A DNA stretch of 64,000 nt. Source: an uncultured Acidobacteriota bacterium. GTDB lineage: Bacteria > Acidobacteriota > Thermoanaerobaculia > Gp7-AA8. Below are positions 42,420 through 55,340 of this stretch, piece by piece. Where the stretch lies: the NCBI GenBank assembly GCA_963734155.1, contig CAVTGG010000014.1, forward strand, positions 309,841-373,840. Direction: 5' to 3'. A model generated the notes under the pieces. The model saw nothing but the letters and a program-made list of their open reading frames with translations, had not been told where the DNA came from and did not search any database. A program made the translations under genes and the position numbers. Numbering within the stretch: the first letter of the stretch is position 1; the number at the start of each line of letters is the position of its first letter.

Positions 42420-42506
42420 CCCGGCGAGGACAGACAATTTATCTGGTGGAGGACAGACAATCCTGTCTGTCCAAGCTTTCCTTCGGACAGACAGGATGTC
42501 TGTCCT
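42420..42506. promoter_or_regulatory. operator-like array of 9-bp GGACAGACA half-sites (two direct copies plus two palindromes)
   Basis: GAGGACAGACAAT occurs twice. The palindromes are GGACAGACA-ATCC-TGTCTGTCC and GGACAGACA-GGA-TGTCTGTCC. It lies in the divergent intergenic region between ppiD and the FecR-domain gene. Confidence 0.5.
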
Positions 42507-42536
42507 CCACCTTGATACACTCTCCCGCGCGGTTCC

Positions 42537-45082
<2,546 letters not shown>

Positions 45083-45083
45083 A

Positions 45084-45150
45084 GGTTGCTAGGTTGCTGA
45101 GTTGCTCAGTTGACTTCAGCAACCCAGTAACCCAGCAACTCAGTAACCCT
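45084..45150. repeat. inverted heptamer array (GGTTGCT x3 ... AG(C/T)AACCC x4) between mreB and mreC
   Basis: GGTTGCTAGGTTGCTGAGTTGCTCAGTTGAC is followed by TTCAGCAACCCAGTAACCCAGCAACTCAGTAACCC. This is the same family as 26449-26530. Confidence 0.5.
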
Positions 45151-45193
45151 TCTTAACTGGCAACAAATCTGCTGATCTCGCCCGCGGACAAAC

Positions 45194-46054
45194 ATGGCAG
45201 TACCGACAGACGTCATCCCCCGCCGCCCGACCTTGCTGCTGATTCTCGTACTGGCTGGACTCTTCGTCCTCATGAGCGTCAGCAGCCAGACTCGCTACGT
45301 CGGCGAGACGCGCACGATGTTCGAGCGCACGGTCATGACCATCTTCTCGCCCGTGCCGAAGCTCGTGCACTGGGCCGGCGGCTCGCTGCAGGACATGTAT
45401 CACGGCTACGTCGACATGCGCGGCTCGGTCAACGAGAACCTCGAGCTGCGCCGCAAGGTCGCGTCGCTCACCACCGAGAACCTCAAGCTGCGGCAATCGG
45501 AAGGCGATCTGCGCCGGCTGCGCAGCCTCCTCGCCTACTCCGAACAATTCACGATGTCGACGTCGATGGCGCAGACGATCATGCTCGACACCGCCGGCCG
45601 CTTCAAATCAATCATCATCGACCGCGGCTCGTCCGGCGGCGTGGAAGTGAATGATGTCATCGCCAACGCCAACGGACTCGTCGGCCGCGTCGTGCTGACG
45701 ACGAAGGACCTCGCCAAGGTCCAGCTCGTGACCGACAACAACTGCTCGGTCGGCGCGCTGATCGAGCGGACGCGGCGGCAGGGCGTCGTTCGCGGCAACG
45801 GCTCCACCGCGCTGCAGATGGGAGACATCCCGTCGCTCGCGGACGTCGCGCCGGGGGACCGCGTGCTCACCGCCGGCATCGACGGCGTCTATCCGCGCGG
45901 CATTCCCCTCGGCCTCGTCACGAAGGCGGAGCCGGGGCAGTCGCTGTTCAAGACCGTGACCGTGAAGCCGTCGGTCGACTTCGGCGCGATCGAGGAAGTG
46001 ATCGTGATTCACACGCGCAAAGTGCCGCCCGGGATCGTGAGGTACACACCTTGA
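45194..46054 (+). CDS. mreC: rod shape-determining protein MreC
   Basis: It has an N-terminal TM helix, a coiled coil and the MreC beta-domains. Confidence 0.85.
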   Translation: MAVPTDVIPRRPTLLLILVLAGLFVLMSVSSQTRYVGETRTMFERTVMTIFSPVPKLVHWAGGSLQDMYHGYVDMRGSVNENLELRRKVASLTTENLKLRQSEGDLRRLRSLLAYSEQFTMSTSMAQTIMLDTAGRFKSIIIDRGSSGGVEVNDVIANANGLVGRVVLTTKDLAKVQLVTDNNCSVGALIERTRRQGVVRGNGSTALQMGDIPSLADVAPGDRVLTAGIDGVYPRGIPLGLVTKAEPGQSLFKTVTVKPSVDFGAIEEVIVIHTRKVPPGIVRYTP

Positions 46055-46558
46055 GGTGGTTGCGGTTCGCCATTGGCCTCCTGATCGCGCTGACGCTGCA
46101 CTCGCTGCTCGACAGCTTCTATCCGAACGCGCTCGCGTTCTTCAATCCGTACATCATCCTCGTCGCCTACTACTCGATGGGCGGCAACATCGTCGGCGCG
46201 ATCTTCGCCGGCATCGCCGCCGGGCTTCGTGCAGGACGCGTTTTCGAACGCGATGTTCGGCCTGCATGCATTCTCGATGACGTTCTGCGCATACATCATC
46301 GCCTCGATCAACGCCCGTCTGATGCTCCGCGGCACGCTCGCGTTCGGCGCCTGCCTCGGCGGTGCGGTGATCGTGAACGAGTTCGTGATCTACATCCTCG
46401 TGAACATTCTCGTGAAGCAGCGCATCGAGATGTTCGAGCAGGCGTTGTTCGTGAAGACGATCTTCACGCTGCTGTTCGGAATGCTGGTGTATCAGCTGTT
46501 GACACTGTTCTTGCGCGAGGAGCCGATCGAGGCAACGAGACGGCCGGCCGGGTGGTGA
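46051..46558 (+). CDS. mreD: rod shape-determining protein MreD (apparent frameshift near 46225)
   Basis: The N-terminal TM helices are in the 46051 frame. The conserved segment ...QDAFSNAMFGLHAF... continues in the 46229 frame. Confidence 0.7.
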
Positions 46559-46559
46559 C

Positions 46560-48494
46560 ATGCGCGTTTATCGCGACGACCAAAAGTTCCTGCAGTTCCG
46601 TATCAACGCCCTGCTCTGGGCGATCGTGGCGATGTTCGTGTTTCTCGCGGGCTCGTTCTGGTTCGTGCAGGGCGTGCAGGCGGAGAAATACCGCGGCCTC
46701 TCCGAGGCGAACGCGCTGCGCGAGATCGAGATCCCGGCCAAGCGCGGGCTCATCATGGACCGCGTCGGAAAAATCCTCGCCGACAACCGTCCCGCGTATT
46801 CGCTCCAGATCGATCGCGTGGTGCTGAAGCCGCTCATCAAAGCGGACCCGAATCACAAGGCGCGCCTCCTCGAGTTTCTCTCCACCGTGCTCGCGTTTCC
46901 GCCGCAGGAGTTGCAGACGCGCTGGGACAAAGCGTCCGCGGCGGTCGTGCACTCGCAGCCGTTCGTGCTCGCCGAAGAGTTGTCGATGGCCCAGGTGGCG
47001 ACGGTGCAGTCGCAGTCGATCGCGTTTCCCGAAGTCAACGTCGTGCCGATGCAGCGCCGCAACTATTCGTACGGCCCGATGGCCGCGCACGTCCTCGGCT
47101 TCATCGGCGAAGTGAGCGAGAAAGAGCTCGCGCAGAGTCAGGATCTCAAGCAGGGCGATCTGATCGGCAAGCGCGGCGTCGAGCTGATGTACGACCAGTA
47201 CCTGCGCGGCAAGAGCGGCGCGGAGTATTGGGAGTACGACGCCGATGGTCGCCGCCTCAGCGAATACGTTCCCGCGCGCAAGACGCCGGTGCCGGGCGAC
47301 AACATCTATCTGACGGTCGACTTCGAGCTGCAGCGGCGGGCCGAGCAGTACTTCGCCGAAAACGAAATGGTCGGCTCCGCGGTCGCGCTCGATCCGCGCA
47401 ACGGCGAAGTGCTGGCGATGGTGTCGTCGCCGACCTACAACCCGAACGTCTACTCGAAGCGCTTCACGCCCGACGTCTACAAGCTGATCACCAGCAATCC
47501 GTTCAAGATCGAGCTGAATCGCGCGATCCAGGGACTCTACTCACCGGGCTCGGTCTTCAAAGTGGTCATGGCCATGGCCGGCATGTCGGAAGGCGTAATC
47601 GGGCCGGGCACGACGTTCAACTGCGGCGGCAGTGGCGTCTTCCGAGGACGACGGTTCCGGTGCTGGCGGCGCGAGGGACACGGCGCGGTGAACGTCGAAA
47701 CCGCGATGATGAAGTCGTGCGACATCTTCTTCTACAACACGGGCGACCGCCTCGGCGTGGACAAGATCCACGACTACGCGAACCGGCTCACGTTCGGCGA
47801 GATCTCGCACATCGATCTCGACGGCGAGCGCGCGGGCCTGGTGCCGTCGACGAAGTGGGCGAACGAGAAGCAGCATCGCAAGTGGTATCCCAGCGAGACC
47901 ATCTCCGTCTCCATCGGACAGGGTCCGCTCATCGTGACGCCGCTGCAGGTGGCGAACATGATCGCGGCCGTCGCGAACGGCGGGAAGGTGTTTCAGCCGC
48001 ACGTCGTCCGCTATGTCGATCGCGTACAGAAGGACGGTTCGTACAAACGCTTCCGCGTGCCGAGCCGCGTGATTCATGAAGTCGCGCTCGCGCCGAATGC
48101 GCTGAAGGCCGTGAAAGACGGTCTGTGGAAAGTCGTCAACGACGACGGCGGCACGGGCGGTAACGCGCGCGTCGCGGGGCTCGACATCTCCGGCAAGACC
48201 GGCACCGTGCAGGTCATCGCGCAGCACGGCTGGGTGAAGGCGGAAGGATTGCCGTTCAAGTATCGCGACCACGCCTGGTTCGCGTCGTTCGCGCCGCTGA
48301 ACAATCCGCAGATGGTCGTGGTCGTGTTCATCGAGCACGGCGGCCACGGCGGCACCGACGCCGCGCCGCTGGCGAAACTGCTTTACGAAGCGCGCTTCCG
48401 CGACAGCGTCACCGGCGCAAAGCTCGATCTCAGCAATCCCGAAACGCTCGAGCAGATCAAGGAAGGCGAGCTGCCGCTCCCCTCGACTCGATGA
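46560..48494 (+). CDS. mrdA: penicillin-binding protein 2
   Basis: It has the PBP dimerisation domain and the transpeptidase motifs SVFK, SxN and KTG. Confidence 0.9.
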   Translation: MRVYRDDQKFLQFRINALLWAIVAMFVFLAGSFWFVQGVQAEKYRGLSEANALREIEIPAKRGLIMDRVGKILADNRPAYSLQIDRVVLKPLIKADPNHKARLLEFLSTVLAFPPQELQTRWDKASAAVVHSQPFVLAEELSMAQVATVQSQSIAFPEVNVVPMQRRNYSYGPMAAHVLGFIGEVSEKELAQSQDLKQGDLIGKRGVELMYDQYLRGKSGAEYWEYDADGRRLSEYVPARKTPVPGDNIYLTVDFELQRRAEQYFAENEMVGSAVALDPRNGEVLAMVSSPTYNPNVYSKRFTPDVYKLITSNPFKIELNRAIQGLYSPGSVFKVVMAMAGMSEGVIGPGTTFNCGGSGVFRGRRFRCWRREGHGAVNVETAMMKSCDIFFYNTGDRLGVDKIHDYANRLTFGEISHIDLDGERAGLVPSTKWANEKQHRKWYPSETISVSIGQGPLIVTPLQVANMIAAVANGGKVFQPHVVRYVDRVQKDGSYKRFRVPSRVIHEVALAPNALKAVKDGLWKVVNDDGGTGGNARVAGLDISGKTGTVQVIAQHGWVKAEGLPFKYRDHAWFASFAPLNNPQMVVVVFIEHGGHGGTDAAPLAKLLYEARFRDSVTGAKLDLSNPETLEQIKEGELPLPSTR

Positions 48495-49600
48495 CGACGA
48501 CGATCTTCCGCGACCGCATCCGGCCCAACATCGATCTGAATTTCCTCGGAACGGCGATCGTGCTCGCGGTCATCGGCGTGCTGCTGGTTTACAGCGCGAC
48601 GTACTACAGCGATCCCGGGCTGGGGCTCGTGAAACGACAGATCCTCTGGGTCGGCATCGCTCTCGTGTTGATGGCCATCTTCCTGATCATCGACTATCAC
48701 GTGCTCTTCGACATCGCCCCGATCCTGTACGGCATCGGTATCGTGTTGCTCATCTACTTACTGGCGTTCGGCAAGCTGACTGCGAACGTGAAGTCGTGGA
48801 TCCGCTTCGGCGGATTCCAGTTCCAGCCGTCGGAGTTCATGAAGCTCTTCACCGCGCTGATGCTGGCGCGCTTCTTCGACTCGAACGACCGCGCCTACCT
48901 CGACTTCCGCTCGTTTCTCATCGCCATGGGCATCGTCGGAGCGCCGGTGGCGCTCATCATCGTGCAGCCCGACTTCGGAACCGCGGCGACGTTCTTTCCT
49001 CTGATCGCGGTGACGATGTTCTTCGGCGGCATCCGCGCGCGGATCTGGATCGCGATGATCCTGATCGTCGCCATCGCACTGCCGGCCGGCTACGCGTTTT
49101 TTCTCAAGCCGTATCAGCGCGACCGGCTGCTGACGTTCCTCAATCCCGAACGCGATCCGCTCGGCAAGGGCTATCAGGTCACGCAGGCAAAAATCGCCAT
49201 CGGCTCGGGCGGGATTCACGGCAAGGGCTTCAAGCACGGCACGCAGGCGAAGCTCGAGTTTCTCCCCGCGCGGCACACCGACTTCATCTTCGCCGTCCTC
49301 GGCGAGGAGTGGGGATTCATCGGCGTTGTGATCGTGCTCGGGCTCTATCTCTATCTCATCGTCCAGGCATTGCTGTTCGCGAAGCACGCTCGCGACAGGG
49401 GTGGCACCTTCCTGGTCATCTGCCTGATCGCCTTCTTCATCTTTCACGTGGCAATCAACGTGTCGATGCAGATTGGCGTTTTGCCGACAACCGGCATTCC
49501 GCTGCCGCTGATCTCGTACGGCGGCTCGTCGACGATGATGTTTTTCATCGCCATCGGGTTGATGCTGAACGTCGACATGCGCCGCTTCGTCAACGCTTGA
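48491..49600 (+). CDS. rodA: peptidoglycan glycosyltransferase RodA (SEDS family)
   Basis: It matches the FtsW/RodA/SpoVE family (SEDS family): 10 predicted TM helices and conserved GGFQFQPSEF. Confidence 0.9.
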   Translation: MTTTIFRDRIRPNIDLNFLGTAIVLAVIGVLLVYSATYYSDPGLGLVKRQILWVGIALVLMAIFLIIDYHVLFDIAPILYGIGIVLLIYLLAFGKLTANVKSWIRFGGFQFQPSEFMKLFTALMLARFFDSNDRAYLDFRSFLIAMGIVGAPVALIIVQPDFGTAATFFPLIAVTMFFGGIRARIWIAMILIVAIALPAGYAFFLKPYQRDRLLTFLNPERDPLGKGYQVTQAKIAIGSGGIHGKGFKHGTQAKLEFLPARHTDFIFAVLGEEWGFIGVVIVLGLYLYLIVQALLFAKHARDRGGTFLVICLIAFFIFHVAINVSMQIGVLPTTGIPLPLISYGGSSTMMFFIAIGLMLNVDMRRFVNA

Positions 49601-49946
49601 ACTTCTCGATCTCGCGGCGCTCTTTCTTCGTCGGACGTCCCGCGCCGCGATCGCGGAAGACCTGCGCCACGATGTCGGGCTTCGTGGGCGGCGGCGACTC
49701 GTCGAGGTACATCGTGCGCGCGGCTTCCTTGGAGACGTTCGATTCCGGCAGCTGCTGCACGATCACGCGCCGGAATCGATCGCCCTGGTAGAACTCGACG
49801 ACGTCGCCTTCGTTCAGCGCCGCGGACGGCTTCACGCGCGAGCCGTTCACTTTGACCAATCCGCCCTTGCACGCCTCCGTCGCATCCGCGCGGTGTTTGA
49901 AGAGGCAGACGAGCTTCAGCCACATGTCGATCCGATGCCGTTCCAC
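49590..49946 (-). CDS. S4-domain RNA-binding protein (Hsp15/HslR-like)
   Basis: The S4 fold is RIDMWLKLVCLFKHRADATEACKGGLVKVNG. The C-terminus is basic. Confidence 0.65.
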   Translation of the reverse strand: MERHRIDMWLKLVCLFKHRADATEACKGGLVKVNGSRVKPSAALNEGDVVEFYQGDRFRRVIVQQLPESNVSKEAARTMYLDESPPPTKPDIVAQVFRDRGAGRPTKKERREIEKFKR

Positions 49947-49956
49947 GTAACTATCG

Positions 49957-49980
49957 TATAATCAGCGCCTTCGCGGAGGA
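49957..49980 (+). promoter_or_regulatory. -10 box TATAAT and GGAGGA SD upstream of HU/IHF gene
   Basis: TATAAT is at 49957-49962. GGAGGA is at 49975-49980, 3 nt before the ATG. Confidence 0.4.
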
Positions 49981-49983
49981 CAC

Positions 49984-50253
49984 ATGATCAAGGCGGACAT
50001 CGTCAACAAGGTTGCGGAGACTTCCGAGATCTCGCGAGTCAAGGCCGCTCAGGCCGTCGACACGGTGATCGAAGGGCTGCGCAACGCGCTCGCGCGCGGC
50101 CAGCGCATCGAGCTCCGCGGCTTCGGCGTGTTTCAGGTCAAGCAGCGCAAAAAAGGAATCGGCCGCAACCCGAAGACCGGCGTCGAGGTCAAAATCCCGC
50201 CGGGAAACACCATCCGCTTCAAGCCGGGCAAAGAACTGCGCAACCTTCTCTGA
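49984..50253 (+). CDS. HU/IHF-family DNA-binding protein (IHF-like)
   Basis: The motifs are RGFGVFQVKQR and GRNPKTGVEVKIP. Confidence 0.85.
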   Translation: MIKADIVNKVAETSEISRVKAAQAVDTVIEGLRNALARGQRIELRGFGVFQVKQRKKGIGRNPKTGVEVKIPPGNTIRFKPGKELRNLL

Positions 50254-50440
50254 CAAAACAGTGAACACGAGAAACAGCGGGACGTGGCGCGCGTCTTAAG
50301 AAGTATGAACATGCCGCATCGCAGAACCCCAGTGATGCAAAGTCCCGCCTGAAATCCCGCCTTGCCGCCGGCGCAAAAAGGCTGCGCGCCGGCGGCCTCC
50401 CGCCTTTCCTGCAAGCCGCCAGCGGTATTCTGGTCCACGG

Positions 50441-53400
50441 ATGCCGAAGGTCTATATCTCATCGACGTTCAAGGATCTCCGCGAGCATCGTCAGGTCGCG
50501 ATCCATACGCTCGATCGATTGGGGTACTCGACGCGTGCGATGGAGAAGTACTTCGCCTCGGACGAACGGCCGCTCGATCTTTGCTTGGCCGATGTCGCGC
50601 AGTGCGACCTTTACGTCGGGATCTTCGCGTGGCGCTACGGGCACATCCCCTCGGAAGGCAATCCCGAAGGTCAGTCGATTACCGAATGCGAATTTCGTGA
50701 GGCAGTGCGTCTCCGGATTCCCTGCCTGATCTTTCTCAGCGACGAGAGTGATCGCTGGCTCGTGGACAGTGCGAACGATCGCGCACAGATCGCACGACTG
50801 CGTGAGGAGCTCGGCAAAACATGCGCATCCTTTGACACACCCGAGAAACTCGGGCTGGAGATCAGCGTTGCGGTCGCCAACTGGGAGCGCAACCCCGACT
50901 TTCGGCGCTACCTGCAGGCGTTGGCGACCGAGTTTGCCGACCTTCCGGAGCTGCCGGGACATACGAGAAACCTGGCGATCAGCGAAATCATGACGATCGC
51001 CGTCAACCTGAATACCACCGCAGCGCGTGAGCAACCCTCGATCGTTCCCCTGCCGCAGGCCGTCGCAGAACAACGCGCCCTGCTCGTCGTTGGCGAGGGA
51101 GGAATCGGCAAGTCGACAGCGCTGCGATTTCTGACATATCACCATGCACGCTCGCGCCTGGAGGCCGAAGCCAACGGCGCGGACCTGAAGACGACGCTGA
51201 TCCCCATCTACATCCAGCTGCGCGGCGAGCGAACGGATCTTCGAAAGCAGTTATGGACGGCGCTGCAGCGGCCCGATTTTCATTGCAGCCGCGAGCTCTT
51301 CGATCGATGGCTTGCTGAACAGCCGTTCCTCCTGCTCGTCGACCGGCTCGAGGACGTAAATGTGAGATCGATCCTCGAAGAGCTCGCCGAATTGCTGCAG
51401 CATGCAGCACATGCGCGGATCGTGGTGGCCAGTCGACCACATCCGGCACTCAAGGATTCACCCTGGTCTCACGCGGCGCTTCAACTTCCAAGCGATGCCC
51501 GGCTTGCGGCGTTCTTCAGGGCGCTGCTCGGAGCGCAACGTGGCGGCGAGCTGTTCGACATGCTCGCACATCACGGTCTCCTCGAGCCGTTTCGCCGGCC
51601 GCTGTTCGCGCGTCTCCTCGCGCTGAGCTCACTGGAGTTGCTGCAACAGGAGCGCCTCACGCCGGCTTCGGTATTCCAGGACGTCATCGAACGTCGATTT
51701 CTGACTGAGTGGGAACGACCCGATGATGCACACAACCAGCATGCGATCATGCAGGACTTTCTTGCGCGTCTTGCTCACCGCATGATCGCGGCGAACACCG
51801 ACAGCGTCTCAAGCGATGAGGCACTGCTCGACGCGCGCAGCACGATCACCGGGCGCGGTCTCCTCCCGGACGTGCGCACACTGCAGAACGTTATGGACTG
51901 GACGATGCGGCACGGGCTGCTGACACACGTCGACGGGCAGCTCCAGTTCTGGCATGCGACGTTCCGCGATTACTTTGCAGCACTCTGGCTCGAGCGGCAT
52001 GCGAACCTGTTCACCGTTTACCGCCGCAGCTGGAGCCCACGATGGCACGAATGCCTGGCCTACTACTTCGGTTTGCTCCAGGGCCGGCAACTGCAGCGAG
52101 CAGTGCGCGTTCTGCTGCTCGGCCTCCGCGTGAACATCGCGATCCTGCATTTCAAGCCGTCCCCGGACTCGTCAGGGCGGCTGCTGCTCGTATTGCGATG
52201 CCTGGTGCAAGCCGGCACCGGCGGCAGGCGATGGCACAATGACGTTCTGCGCCGGCTTCCCACGACATTCAGCTACTTCTACCTGAGCGGCGCACCGACC
52301 CCAATCACGTATTCCTATCGACGCGACGGTTATGACCCGCATCATTATCTTTGCGATCTGATCGGGCAATTACGGTCGCCGGAAGGCTTTGCGTACCTCG
52401 ACAGGGTGCAAGCGGATCTCGATGTTGTCGCACCGGGACTATTGCACAGCCCCGATCATCAGGTCATCGAACGCCTGGCCCAGGCACTCATCGACCAGCC
52501 TGACGATGAACGCCACCGGTCGGGCAACGAAGTGCTGAGTCATCTGCTTCTCCGGTCGCGTGATCCTCGTTGTTTTGCCGCGCTTCGTCGCGTCGCCTGT
52601 GACCTGGGTGCAACACCGAGAGCAAAACTTCTGGGCTTACTGGCGCACACCATGATCTGGTATCGCCACGATATCGATCTCCGACAGGTACTCGGCGATG
52701 AATGGGGCGAACTGCTCATCGGATTCACGTTGCATGATGACGACGCGAAGGTGCGGACTGCGGCGGTAACGTTCCTTCGAGAGCTCGGCCCCACTCCGGA
52801 ATATCCAAGCGAATCCCTGGCCCCACGGGCTCGTCAAGCGTTCCTGCATGCGTTGACGGACACGAATCCGACGATACGTGACACGCGCCCTTGCGGCATT
52901 TCGCATTCCGGAGCTCGAGCATCACCTGGAGATCCTCCAGCGATTCCTCGCCGAAGACGATCTCGACGTCGTGTTCCGTGCGCTCTATCACTTCCGTCAT
53001 TCTGCCGAGCCCCGTCGCTTTTGCGGGGCGACGCTGAAGGTTCTTCGCAGGTACTCGACCGATGCCACAAGGCCTTTAGCCGCAGTTTTTTACAAAGGCT
53101 TGTGCGGCGAGGAGCATGCTGCCGCCGATCTGCCGCGCCGATCAGTGGCCTTTCTCATGAGCAGCGTGTTCTGTGGAAAGTACAAAGGACTCACGCTGTA
53201 CGCCATCCTTGCGTTGGGCACTCTCGCGGGCGAGTGGGCAGTGCCGTTCCTGACGGCGGTGTTGAGGAGTGAGGCATGGGAGGACACACGCTCCGCCGCC
53301 CTCGGGATCCTGGTCAAGCTTCTCGGCGTCCAGGCAGGCGACCTGGTGGCTGAGATGCTCGCCGACCCGTCGGCGCTGATGCGCGGAAGCGCCGCGGCCG

Positions 53401-53612
53401 ACTGCTTCATCCGTGACTTCGGGAACGATTTCCCCCCGCGCGTTGGCGCGCTCCTGTTTCGGCTCGTGACGGATGAGCATGAATACGCCTCACGCTACGC
53501 GACCTATGCCCTGCAGAAATGGGGGTATCTCGCAAAGGACTGGTATCCACACGAGGGCAATCCGATCTATCTCGGCCCACCACCTCCGGACACGCCGGAG
53601 TTGCAGGGCTGA
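50441..53612 (+). CDS. STAND NTPase: DUF4062-like N-terminal domain, NACHT-like P-loop ATPase, C-terminal HEAT/PBS-lyase repeats (apparent frameshift near 52885)
   Basis: The N-terminus MPKVYISSTFKDLREHRQVAI...CDLYVGIFAWRYGH matches the DUF4062 pattern. The Walker A is VVGEGGIGKST and the Walker B is LLLVDRLED. At least five HEAT-like repeats follow (DDDAKVRTAAVTFLRELG etc.). Confidence 0.6.
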
Positions 53613-53633
53613 CGTTACAATCCGCGCCAGCAC

Positions 53634-55176
53634 ATGCAGCCAGCGCAGACGGTCCTCGTTCTCGATTTCGGATCGCAATTCACCCAACTGATCGCCCGGC
53701 GGATTCGCGACCATCGCGTCTACTCGGTCGTGCATCCGTGCGATCTCGCTCCCGACAAAATCCGCGAGCTCGCGCCGACGGCGATCATCCTCAGCGGCGG
53801 GCCGCAGTCGGTGTACGCCGAGAGTGCGCCGTACTGCTCGCGCGAAGTGTTCGAGCTCGGCGTGCCGATCCTCGGCATCTGCTACGGCATGCAGCTCACC
53901 GCGTACTTCCTCGGCGGCAACGTCGAGCCGGTGCTCGAGCGCGAATACGGGCGCGCGGAAATCGACGTCATCCGCGAGTCGCCGCTGTTCACCTCCACGC
54001 CGCCGCATCAGCGCGTATGGGCCAGTCACGGCGACAGCATCCTCGCGCCGCCGCCCGGCTTCGAGGTCACGGCGTCGTCCTCGAGCGCGCCGATCGCCGC
54101 GTTCGAAAACCGCGAGCGCGACTGCTACGGGATTCAGTTTCATCCCGAAGTCACGCACACCGAGGCCGGCGGGCAGATCCTGAAAAATTTTCTGTTCGAC
54201 ATCGCCAAATGCGAGCCGACGTGGGACCTCGGCGACTTTCGCAAGCGAAAAGTCGACGAGATCCGCAAGCAGGTCGGCGATCGCCATGTCATCGCCGCGG
54301 TCAGCGGCGGCGTCGACTCCTCCGTCGCTGCGCTGCTCGTCGGCGAAGCAATCGGCGATCAACTCACCGCGATCTTCGTCGACAACGGCGTGCTGCGAAA
54401 ACACGAAGCGATGCAGGTCGTCTCGCGCCTCTCCGAAGGCCTCGGCATGCACATCGTCGCCGTCGACGCACGCGAGCGCTTCTACGAGAAGCTCGCCGGC
54501 ATCGAAGAGCCGGAGACGAAGCGCAAGCGCATCGGCAACGAGTTCATCGCCATCTTCGAGGAAGAAGCGAAGCGGATTCCGAACGTCGAGTTCCTCGTGC
54601 AGGGCACGCTCTACCCCGACGTCATCGAGTCGGTCTCGATCAAAGGACCGTCCTCGGTGATCAAGACCCATCACAACGTCGGCGGGCTGCCGGAGAAGAT
54701 GGGGCTGAAGCTCATCGAGCCGGTGCGCGAGCTGTTCAAGGACGAAGTCCGCCAACTCGGCGATCGAGCTCGGACTCGAAGAGGAGTTCGTCTGGCGGCA
54801 TCCGTTCCCCGGGCCCGGCCTCGCCGTCCGTATCCTCGGCGAAGTCAACGCCGCGCGCGTAGAGATCCTGCAGAACGCGGACGAGATCGTGATCGACGAG
54901 ATCCGCAAAGCCGGCCTGTATCGCGAGATTTCGCAAGCCTTCGCTGTCCTTTTGCCGGTGCGGAGCGTCGGCGTCATGGGCGACGAGCGCACCTACGAGA
55001 ATGTGCTTGCAATCAGGGCAGTCACGACCACGGACTTCATGACCGCGGACTGGTACCGGATGCCGCACGACCTGCTCGATCGCATGGCGCGGCGGATCGT
55101 GAACGAGGTTCGCGGCGTCAATCGCGTCGTCTACGACGTCTCGTCGAAACCTCCCAGCACGATCGAATGGGAATGA
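53634..55176 (+). CDS. guaA: GMP synthase (glutamine-hydrolysing) (apparent frameshift near 54775)
   Basis: The GATase Cys is in GICYGMQ. The ATP-PPase motif is SGGVDSSV. The C-terminal dimerisation domain ...[20 protein letters not shown]... is in a second frame. Confidence 0.85.
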
Positions 55177-55340
55177 GTTTCCGAAATTGGAGTCAAAAAA
55201 ACGTGCACGCGGGACGTTCCGGACTTATAGTTACGCATCCGCGTCTAGTCAGATCATCTCGGACGGCGTAACCAATACGCCAAAACATCAGGAGTCACAT
55301 CCCCTGTGGATGTCCTCGTAGTCAAGGAGGAGGCAACGAT

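Noticed and set aside
50330-50420. Perfect 11-bp stem GCCGCCGGCGC-N9-GCGCGCCGGCGGC and three TCCCGCCT repeats downstream of the HU gene
   Set aside because: It is probably just the HU terminator/5' region of the STAND gene. There is no U-tract and no clear repeat regularity, which is insufficient for a separate call.
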